A stretch of 64,000 bases of DNA from Dehalococcoidia bacterium (GTDB lineage: Bacteria; Chloroflexota; Dehalococcoidia; Lucifugimonadales; UBA3495). The position numbers and the translations under genes are program-made. Numbering within the stretch: the stretch's first letter is position 1; every line of letters starts with the position of its first letter. The notes below the pieces were generated by a model, which worked only from the letters and a program-made list of their open reading frames with translations, was not told the DNA's origin and did no database searches. Shown here piece after piece: positions 25,649 through 33,027 of the stretch. The stretch covers positions 2,456-66,455 of the forward strand of contig CBDHDK010000002.1 of NCBI GenBank assembly GCA_965261355.1, read 5' to 3'.

Positions 25649-27112
25649 TTAGCCGACGGCGCCTTCGAGGCTTACCTTGAGGAGCTGAGAAGCTTCCATG
25701 GCGAACTCGAAGGGGAGTTCCTGGAAGATGCCGCGGCAGAAGCCGTTGACGATCATAAAGTGGGCGTCCTCGACAGACATGCCGCGCTGCTGGCAGTAGA
25801 AGAGCTGGTCGTCGCTGACCTTGGAGGTGGACGCCTCGTGCTCCAACTGTGCCGTAGGGTTCTTGACCTCGATGTACGGGACAGTATGGGCGCCGCACTG
25901 GTCGCCAATAAGCAGGGAGTCGCACTGGGTAAAGTTCTTTGCGCCGTCGGCGGTGGGCATCATGTTGACGAGGCCGCGGTAGGTGGCGTTGCCCTTGCCA
26001 GCAGAGATACCCTTGGCCACGATGGTGCTCTTGGTGTTTTTGCCCAGGTGGATCATCTTGGTGCCAGTGTCGGCCTGCTGGTAGTTGTTGACGAGAGCCA
26101 CCGAGTAGAACTCGCCGGTGGAGTTGTCGCCCTGCAGGATGACGCTGGGGTACTTCCAGGTGATGGCCGAGCCGGTCTCTACCTGGGTCCAGGAAATCTT
26201 GGAGTTGCGCCCGCTGGCGAGGCCGCGTTTGGTGACGAAGTTGTAGACGCCGCCGTTGCCGTCCTTGTCGCCGGGGAACCAGTTCTGGAGTGTCGAGTAC
26301 TTGATCTCGGCGTCGTCCAGAGCCACCAGCTCGACCACCGCGGCATGAAGCTGGTGGGACTTGCGAGCGGGGGCGGTGCAGCCCTCGAGGTAGCTGACGT
26401 AAGCGCCCTCCTCACAGACGATGAGGGTGCGCTCGAACTGGCCGGAGTCAGCCTGGTTGATGCGGAAGTAGGTCATCAGCTCGATGGGGCAGCGTACGCC
26501 CTTGGGAATGTAGGCGAAGGAGCCGTCGCTGAACACCGCCGAGTTGAGGGTGGCAAAGAAATTGTCGGTATAGGGGACAACGGAACCCAGGTACTTCTGC
26601 ACCAGTTCGGGGTGATTCTTCACCGCCTCGCTCATGGAACAAAAGATGACGCCCTCCTTTTCCAGCCTGTCCTGGTAGGTGGTGGCGACGGATACGCTGT
26701 CGAGCACGGCGTCCACGGCCACGCCGGCCAGGCGCTCACGCTCCTGGAGGGGGATGCCCAATTTTTCGAAGGCCTCGAGAACCTCGGGGTCGACCTCGTC
26801 GAGGCTCTTGGGGGCGTTACCGTTGGAAGGAGCGGCGTAGTAATAGATGTCCTGATAGTCGATGGGGGCGTGGTGGATGTTGGCCCAGGCCGGTTCCTCG
26901 TACTTGAGCCGCTCCCAGTGGCGGTAGGCTTTGAGGCGCCATTCCAGCATCCACTCGGGCTCTTCCTTCTTGGCGGAGATAAGACGGACGACGTCCTCGC
27001 TGAGCCCCTTGGGGGCCAGGTCGGAGCCGATGTCGATGGTAAAGCCCCACTTGTAGTCGGAATCCAACTCGGTGGAGGTGGTGTCACGGGAAATGACCCT
27101 GGGGGTGGTCAT
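25649..27112 (-). CDS. sufB: Fe-S cluster assembly protein SufB
   Basis: The start is taken at ATG 27112 ([10 protein letters not shown]..), preceded by GGGAGGAG. ..YKWGFTIDI.., ..[14 protein letters not shown].., ..[17 protein letters not shown].. Confidence 0.95.
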   Translation of the reverse strand: MTTPRVISRDTTSTELDSDYKWGFTIDIGSDLAPKGLSEDVVRLISAKKEEPEWMLEWRLKAYRHWERLKYEEPAWANIHHAPIDYQDIYYYAAPSNGNAPKSLDEVDPEVLEAFEKLGIPLQERERLAGVAVDAVLDSVSVATTYQDRLEKEGVIFCSMSEAVKNHPELVQKYLGSVVPYTDNFFATLNSAVFSDGSFAYIPKGVRCPIELMTYFRINQADSGQFERTLIVCEEGAYVSYLEGCTAPARKSHQLHAAVVELVALDDAEIKYSTLQNWFPGDKDGNGGVYNFVTKRGLASGRNSKISWTQVETGSAITWKYPSVILQGDNSTGEFYSVALVNNYQQADTGTKMIHLGKNTKSTIVAKGISAGKGNATYRGLVNMMPTADGAKNFTQCDSLLIGDQCGAHTVPYIEVKNPTAQLEHEASTSKVSDDQLFYCQQRGMSVEDAHFMIVNGFCRGIFQELPFEFAMEASQLLKVSLEGAVG

Positions 27113-27219
27113 CGGCTGCTCCTCCCGATGGGGGAATGCATTCGGAACGCGTCTCGAACGCGCATTAGCGGTATATTGGGCCGCCGCGCCCATGGCGACC
27201 AACGGATAGATTAGCATTC

Positions 27220-27236
27220 TTGACCAAACAGGTCAA
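27220..27236. promoter_or_regulatory. perfect palindrome TTGACC-AAACA-GGTCAA in the sufB/tatD divergent intergenic region
   Basis: Read directly from the sequence. It lies about 110 nt upstream of the sufB start and may be an operator. A related GTCAAC / GTTGACC pair lies nearby. Confidence 0.3.
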
Positions 27237-27358
27237 CAATTATGCTAGCACTGGCGGTTGGGGGTGTCAACGAGCGTTGGAGGGGCATAAAAGTTGACCG
27301 GGTTTGGCTTGCGTGGATATGATTCGGGCAACTTGAGCACGGAAATGAGGAGCGGGGG

Positions 27359-28147
27359 ATGAGCGAGCCGCTTTTGTTTGGGGACTGTCATACGCACCTG
27401 GACCAGTACGATGCTGCGGAGTTGCCCGGGTTGGTGGAACGTGCTGCGGAGGTGGGTGTGACGTCGGTGATACTGGCGGGGACTACGCTGGAGTCTACGA
27501 GGGGGTGTATTGAACTAGCGGGGCAGTTTGATGCCTTTTATGCGGGCGTGGGGATTCATCCGTGCCAGGCCTATGAGCGGGTGGATGACGCGATGTACGC
27601 GGAACTGGAACGGCTGGCGCAGTTGCCGAAGGTGGTGTGCATCAGCGAGGTGGGGCTGGACTATCTGCCGGAGTCGCCGGACCACGGGGTACAGGACCAG
27701 GTGCTCCGTGAGCACATCCGGCTGGCGAAAAGCCTGGACCTGCCGATCATCTTCCACTCGCGGGAGGCGCACTCGGCCTGCTTCCAAGTGTTGCGCGAGG
27801 AGTCGGCGGGCGACGTGGGCGGCGCGATGCACTACTTCCAGGCCGACGAGGCGACGGCACGAGAGGCCATCGACTGCGGGTTCTACATATCGCTGGCGAG
27901 ACCGTTGACCCGGCTGCCGGAGGTGCAGGAGGCGGCGCGGGCGATACCGCTGCAGAACATCGTGCTGGAGACGGACGCTTTTCCGCAGCCGTTCAAGAAG
28001 TACCGCCACAACTGGACCGAGCCGCGGCATGTAGCGGAGGTGGCGCAGTGCCTGGCGGAGGTCAAGGGGGTATCGGTAGATGAAGTGGCGGAAGTGACCA
28101 CCGCCAATTTGAGGAAGATGCTGAACCGGGGGAACACCTTTATATGA
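27359..28147 (+). CDS. tatD: TatD-family metal-dependent hydrolase
   Basis: ..GDCHTHLDQYD.., ..GIHPCQA.., ..ISEVGLDY.., ..IIFHSREA.., ..LETDAFPQ.. Confidence 0.85.
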   Translation: MSEPLLFGDCHTHLDQYDAAELPGLVERAAEVGVTSVILAGTTLESTRGCIELAGQFDAFYAGVGIHPCQAYERVDDAMYAELERLAQLPKVVCISEVGLDYLPESPDHGVQDQVLREHIRLAKSLDLPIIFHSREAHSACFQVLREESAGDVGGAMHYFQADEATAREAIDCGFYISLARPLTRLPEVQEAARAIPLQNIVLETDAFPQPFKKYRHNWTEPRHVAEVAQCLAEVKGVSVDEVAEVTTANLRKMLNRGNTFI

Positions 28148-28608
28148 CGACCGAGCACGATCACCCTGAGGCGCCAGAACAGATAGTCCCACAGAGCCTG
28201 AACGACTACCTGGAAGTGATGACCAAGGCTGTGTTCCAGAGCGGCCTGTCGTGGCAGGTGGTTACCAGCTAGTGGCCGGGGTTCCAGGTCGGATTTCAAG
28301 GGTTCGACGTGTCTGCTGTTGCCTCCATGGGCGAGCCGGAGATCGACGCGCTGGCCGAGGATACGGCCATCGTGCGCAACCGACGTAAGATCGCGGCTAC
28401 CGTACACAACGCGCAGCGGCTGATCGAGCTGGACGAAGAGTACGGCGGGATACAGAACTACATGAGGTCGCACAGCGACTTCTACGCCGCGCTCAAGGAC
28501 GTGCGGAGGCAGTTCAAGTACATGGGCGACACAGGGACGTACTTCTGGTTCTACGTCCTTGGCGAAGAAGTACCGGACTACTCGGAGTTCTGCAGCCGGG
28601 GCAAGTAA
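28144..28608 (+). pseudogene. DNA-3-methyladenine glycosylase I (Tag)-like gene with one in-frame TAG
   Basis: The ATG overlaps the tatD stop (ATGA). MTTEHDH..LEVMTKAVFQSGLSWQVVTS*WPGFQVGFQGFDVSAVASMGEPEIDALAEDTAIVRNRRKIAATVHNAQ.. The TAG is at 28270-28272. The track lists only the 3' part (28309..28608). Confidence 0.65.
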
Positions 28609-28692
28609 TCGCAGCTACAACGCTGTGGTACCATTTCATCATCAATCCGAGGGCGATCCGCGCCCAGAGGAACCGGTCCGGAGGATGAGGCC

Positions 28693-29286
28693 ATGACGAC
28701 TCCAGACAAGTGCCAGATGGCCCTGAAGGAGTGGGCGATAACCTGTGAGGCCATCGGCAAGGGCGAGCAGATTCTGCTGCTACGGAAGGGCGGAATCCAC
28801 GAGGACGGCAAGGACTTCAGGGTGATCCACCGGGAGTTCCTACTGTATCCGACGTACGAGCACCAGAAGGTGGATCTGCTGCGAACTGAGCACCAGCCAG
28901 CGCTGGAAGCTCTGCTGGCGCAGCCGCATGACGCGAAGGAGATCACCTTCACCCACTACGCCAGGGCTGAGGAAGTTCTGGAAGTGGAGGACCAGGGGAA
29001 GGTGGACGACCTGGCGCCGCATTACATCTGGACCACCGCCTACGCGCAGTCGCGACTGCGCTGGAAGCCCATGCTGCCGCTGTCGGTGATGCTGCTGCGG
29101 GGGTATCGGCTGGAAGCGCCGGTGACGGTGCCGTGGCTGCCGGAGTACAGTGGGTGCACTTCGTGGGTGGATGTGCTGACGGACGTGCCGCTGGGGCGGA
29201 TAGAGCCGGTGCTGACCGACGCGAAGTTCCAGGCGCAGGTGGATGCCATCAAGGGCAGCCTGGGTCTGGCGGTGACGGCCGGGTAG
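28693..29286 (+). CDS. DUF1802-family protein
   Basis: ..ALKEWAITCEAIGKGEQILLLRKGGIHE...FLLYPTYEHQ.. matches my recollection of DUF1802. Confidence 0.6.
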   Translation: MTTPDKCQMALKEWAITCEAIGKGEQILLLRKGGIHEDGKDFRVIHREFLLYPTYEHQKVDLLRTEHQPALEALLAQPHDAKEITFTHYARAEEVLEVEDQGKVDDLAPHYIWTTAYAQSRLRWKPMLPLSVMLLRGYRLEAPVTVPWLPEYSGCTSWVDVLTDVPLGRIEPVLTDAKFQAQVDAIKGSLGLAVTAG

Positions 29287-29325
29287 CGGTGGTTTGAGGC
29301 ATCAGCCGAGCGTGGGAGTGCTGAA

Positions 29326-29928
29326 TTGACAGGGCTGGTTTCCCTATTGGAACAGGAAAGCCGCAAGCGTGGGTTTCTGGCTGATGGCGAATCTCTTACA
29401 GCGAAGCGGGCGTTTGCGCTGGTGCGGGACATGCCCTACCAGCGGGCGAGCTCACGGAAGCCGAATGCGATTATCGAGGAGTGGCGCGAGACGTGCTTGG
29501 GTAAGCACTATCTGCTGGCGGATATTTTTCGGGAGATGGGGCTGGAATCGCGAGTGATTATGTGCACCCACTGGTTCACGAAGGAGAATACCGGGCACTT
29601 TCCAGCGGAGCTGCGGGAACTGGTGGCCTCTGCGCCCGTGCCGGATGTGCATACGTATCTTCGGGTGAAGACGGCGGAGGGCTGGGCGGTGGTGGATGCC
29701 ACATGGCCGAGCAGCGCGGGGCCGCTGGGGATGACGGTGAACCGGGAGTTTACGCCGGAGCGCGACATGGTCATCGCCTGTGAGCCGATCGATACGATTC
29801 CAGTGCCGGATGGATGTAACCTGCAGGAGTTCAAGGAGCAAGTAATCGCGGAGTTCTGCGGGGACAGCAGCGCGGTGCGCGACGAGTTCATCGAGGGCAT
29901 GGGGAGCTGGCTGGGGGAATCTACATGA
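29326..29928 (+). CDS. transglutaminase-like superfamily protein
   Basis: ..ETCLGKHYLLADIFREMGLESRV.. (Cys), ..PDVHTYLRV.. (His), ..WAVVDATW.. (Asp): a Cys-His-Asp pattern. Confidence 0.5.
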   Translation: MTGLVSLLEQESRKRGFLADGESLTAKRAFALVRDMPYQRASSRKPNAIIEEWRETCLGKHYLLADIFREMGLESRVIMCTHWFTKENTGHFPAELRELVASAPVPDVHTYLRVKTAEGWAVVDATWPSSAGPLGMTVNREFTPERDMVIACEPIDTIPVPDGCNLQEFKEQVIAEFCGDSSAVRDEFIEGMGSWLGEST

Positions 29929-29941
29929 GGACGCAGGCGAG

Positions 29942-30943
29942 ATGAAGTTTCGACAATTGCCGCGAACGGACCTGGTGCTGTCAGAGGTGGGGTTCGGGGT
30001 GTGGACTGTTGCCACGAACTGGTGGGGGAAGCTGGAGGACGCCGAGCGGGCCGCGCTGCTGGAAAACGCGGTGGAGCTGGGAATCAACTTCTTCGACACG
30101 GCCGACACGTACGGCGACGGGTACGGAGAGGAAATCCTGGCCACGGTGCTGGGACACAAGCGCAACGACCTCGTCATCGCGACGAAGTTCGGGTACGACA
30201 TCTACGATCCGACGCCACGGGACGGGCACCGGGAGAGGCCGCAGAAGTTCGACAAGGAGTTCGTGAAGTTCGCCTGCGAACAGAGCCTAAAGCGGCTGGA
30301 CACGGACTACATCGACCTGTACCAGGTGCACAACCCGCGGGTGGAGGCCCTGGAGCGGGACGAACTGTTCGAAGTCCTGGAGCAGCTCAAGTTCGAGGGG
30401 AAGATACGGCACTTCGGGGTCGCGCTGGGGCCGGACATCGGCTGGTTCGAGGAAGGCGAGATGTCGATGAGGGAGCGGCAGGTGGAAAGCCTGCAAATCA
30501 TCTACAGCATCCTGGAGATGGAGCCGGCCATCGACTTCTTTCCCATCGCCGAGGAGTGCGAGGTGGGGCTGCTGTCTCGGGTGCCGCACGCGTCGAACAC
30601 GCTGACGGGAGAATTCACCCAGGTGCCGGAGTTCGACCCGTCGGACCACCGGGCGTTCCGGCGAGGCGAGTGGATGCGGGAGGCGCTGGCCAAGGTGGAG
30701 CGGGTGCGGTTCCTAGCACAGGAGGACGCGAGGACAATGGCGCAGTCTGCGTTGCAGTTCGTGCTGAAGAAGCCGCAGATTGTTTCGGTGCTGCCCAACT
30801 TCACGAAGATGGAAGAGCTTCGGGAGTACACGGCCGCGGTGGATACGCCGCCGCTGACGGACGAGGAGCAGGGGCTGCTGGACGAGCTTTGGCAGAACAA
30901 GTTCTACCTGGAGGACCCGGAGCCGGTTTTCCGGGAGATTTAG
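29942..30943 (+). CDS. aldo/keto reductase
   Basis: ..GFGVWTV.., ..INFFDTADTYGDGYGEEIL.., ..IDLYQVHNP.., 333 aa. Confidence 0.85.
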   Translation: MKFRQLPRTDLVLSEVGFGVWTVATNWWGKLEDAERAALLENAVELGINFFDTADTYGDGYGEEILATVLGHKRNDLVIATKFGYDIYDPTPRDGHRERPQKFDKEFVKFACEQSLKRLDTDYIDLYQVHNPRVEALERDELFEVLEQLKFEGKIRHFGVALGPDIGWFEEGEMSMRERQVESLQIIYSILEMEPAIDFFPIAEECEVGLLSRVPHASNTLTGEFTQVPEFDPSDHRAFRRGEWMREALAKVERVRFLAQEDARTMAQSALQFVLKKPQIVSVLPNFTKMEELREYTAAVDTPPLTDEEQGLLDELWQNKFYLEDPEPVFREI

Positions 30944-31044
30944 GAATCGCTTCTGCCCGGGGTTGGCTTTACCTCGACCCTCCCCCTATCCCTCCCCACC
31001 GAGGGGTAAGAGATTTGGGGGCCTTCTTGTTGTCATCCTGACGA

Positions 31045-32178
31045 TCAGTCATCGTCGTCGGTTTGCACCTGGAGGTCGCGCGGGTTGTCAAGAACCCAAC
31101 GCTGCCCCTCGCGACGCAAGTCACCTTCCAACGAGACTACCTTCCTCTGGTCATGGGCCTCCACAATTCGGCTGTATTCTGAGGGGGCGAAGTCTACCCT
31201 GACGGAACTGATCGCTCCATCAACTATCGCCTTGAGGGTTACACGCCCACTAATTTGGGTCTGTCCGCGGGCCAAGACGTACACGTACCCGTCAAGTCGC
31301 TCGTTGGTGCGTTCTTGTCGGCCTTTTAGTATTCGGGACGCTTCTTTCAGAACGGCCATATCCGAACTGTTAAAAGCAATCTGAGCTCGACCCTCAGGGG
31401 GTTCTCGAACCAGCGACCAACTCACAGATACATCGACACTCTGACGGTTCTCAACATCGAGAAGGTTAGCTATGGCATCACACAGGTTGGCGCTCACCCC
31501 TTGTGATACATTCTGTTCAAACGCACTGATGCCTTCACCGTGGTCTGCCAAGGATACAGCACTCTTGGCCGACCTAAGTCCCGAGACCAGTTTCCGAGTA
31601 ACCCTACGGGCGAAAGGTTCAGGCGGCATTCCAGTGCTCATATCAGCTTGTCCCATAAGATTGGGAGGCACCGGGGAAAGCAGACTGATTACAAAACTTC
31701 CCATCTCTGTTTGTCCGAACCGGACAGTGTCCATATAATCGCTCGCTTCCTGAATTCGCCCCGCCCTATAAGCTCGTTGCGGCCGCGAAACGGAGCATGC
31801 AGCTGCCAGCAACAGGTTACGAGATTCTTGAAAGGATGAGACTCCGTCGGACACGCGCACCGAGCCGCTCGGAGCGGGTTCGGGTAATCGGACGCGAATT
31901 AGGTCATATTCAGACATTGAGACATCCCTAAGGATAGCCAGGGAGTCGCGATCCTCTACTTCCGATAATGTTTGGAGTATCTCCTCTATCCTGCGCTGGT
32001 AGTCAGAAAGAATGCGTGAAGGAACCAGAAGCTCCTGAGGCTGATTTTCCAAACCGAAGAGAAGCCCTGATTCGCCGAACGGTTCAATTTTCTGCCAGCC
32101 TTGAGATGCCAAGTAAAAATAAAGGGACCGCAGAGTCACCGACGAGAGTCCTAGAGATTCACTCGCATACCGGATCAT
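31045..32178 (-). CDS. hypothetical protein, partner of the DUF4365-like gene
   Basis: 377-aa non-repetitive ORF. The ATG lies 4 nt after the upstream stop and is preceded by AAGGGGTGA. GC is about 48% in hand-counted samples. No family recognised. Confidence 0.6.
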   Translation of the reverse strand: MIRYASESLGLSSVTLRSLYFYLASQGWQKIEPFGESGLLFGLENQPQELLVPSRILSDYQRRIEEILQTLSEVEDRDSLAILRDVSMSEYDLIRVRLPEPAPSGSVRVSDGVSSFQESRNLLLAAACSVSRPQRAYRAGRIQEASDYMDTVRFGQTEMGSFVISLLSPVPPNLMGQADMSTGMPPEPFARRVTRKLVSGLRSAKSAVSLADHGEGISAFEQNVSQGVSANLCDAIANLLDVENRQSVDVSVSWSLVREPPEGRAQIAFNSSDMAVLKEASRILKGRQERTNERLDGYVYVLARGQTQISGRVTLKAIVDGAISSVRVDFAPSEYSRIVEAHDQRKVVSLEGDLRREGQRWVLDNPRDLQVQTDDDD

Positions 32179-32182
32179 GTGT

Positions 32183-32686
32183 TCACCCCTTTAGCGGCTC
32201 GCCACGCCTTATCCTGTCCATCAGGAGAAACATCGCGTCGAGATCAAACCTTTGCGATTCTGGAATTACAACGACCCTAGAATCCCTCTCAATTTCGGGA
32301 TACCCCCAAAGCCATTCCCACCACGCGCATCGACGGATAATCAGTCCCTCGGCACTACAATCTACCCATTCCTCGGAAGCAGCGGGCAGCTCGAGAACCA
32401 CCAATATGGCCTTTAGCGTTCGATCCTCCTTCAAATCGTCATAGTTCTTGCGCCTCAGCCGAAAGTGCAAACCGTCTGCGTGCCAGTCGGGTGATGATGT
32501 CGCTTTGAGTTGTACGTCGAACACCGGCCTACTCGAACCTCGAGTACGTACAGTGGCATCAATACCATCTTCGTCCGGTGTGGGTCCCCTTTGGCAGGTA
32601 TAGCCTGCAATTGCGCACAAAGCGGAAAGATAAGAAAAAGACAATTCGCCCTTACGCTGATTGTCATCCATTGTACGGATGGTCAT
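32183..32686 (-). CDS. DUF4365-like PD-(D/E)xK-fold protein
   Basis: ..QRKGELSFSYLSALCAIAGYTCQRGPTPDEDGIDATVRTRGSSRPVFDVQLKATSS.. fits the GE..(x)YL...D.GID...VQ(L/V)KAT pattern I associate with DUF4365. GC is about 45% in a hand-counted sample. Confidence 0.55.
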   Translation of the reverse strand: MTIRTMDDNQRKGELSFSYLSALCAIAGYTCQRGPTPDEDGIDATVRTRGSSRPVFDVQLKATSSPDWHADGLHFRLRRKNYDDLKEDRTLKAILVVLELPAASEEWVDCSAEGLIIRRCAWWEWLWGYPEIERDSRVVVIPESQRFDLDAMFLLMDRIRRGEPLKG

Positions 32687-32913
32687 GCAGACAATGTCTC
32701 ACTTGCAGCTTGAGTATCCTCATCGAAACGAGGCGGCTAGCGGGTATCTTAACGCCATGGGACAAAACAGCAAACTTACGGGCTGAACTGAGCCAGAATC
32801 GCCGATACCCCTACGATCGAGAACATACCTTACGTTTATGTGTTGATTCTCGAATCGCCGCATTGGGATGTCAACGATGATTCCAATGCCGTTTGGCTAG
32901 CCGCAGCACAGGT

Positions 32914-32942
32914 TTGGCCCTCCCCGCGTGGTCGGGTATAAT
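32914..32942 (+). promoter_or_regulatory. sigma-70-like promoter candidate upstream of ppdK
   Basis: TTGGCC (32914-19), a 17-nt spacer, then TATAAT (32937-42), about 85 nt before the ppdK start. Confidence 0.35.
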
Positions 32943-33027
32943 CGAATTTCCTGGTTTATTGAGGTATGGGGTTGTTGTGTGCGTGAAACGACCGGGCAAT
33001 TGATGGAAATATAAGGGGTTTTTGCCG

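Noticed and set aside
28270-28272. Possible reassignment or suppression of TAG. In-frame TAGs occur in the tag-like gene, the TauE-like relic (12865), the IS1380 fragment (about 18197) and at 789.
   Set aside because: TAG is the stop codon of rho (8769-8771) and pyrG (10945-10947) at their expected C-termini, so it functions as a normal terminator. Three of the four cases sit in elements that are decayed in other ways.
30001-31041. 346-aa ORF overlapping the aldo/keto reductase gene in another frame.
   Set aside because: Its translation is Arg/Gly/Ala-rich with no motifs, whereas the 29942..30943 frame has clear AKR signatures.
30944-33021. att-like direct repeats or a tRNA gene flanking the low-GC two-gene cassette.
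   Set aside because: Only a short CCCTCCCC string recurs on both sides. There is no tRNA and no convincing direct repeat, so the insertion mechanism is unresolved. The cassette itself is kept as a finding.
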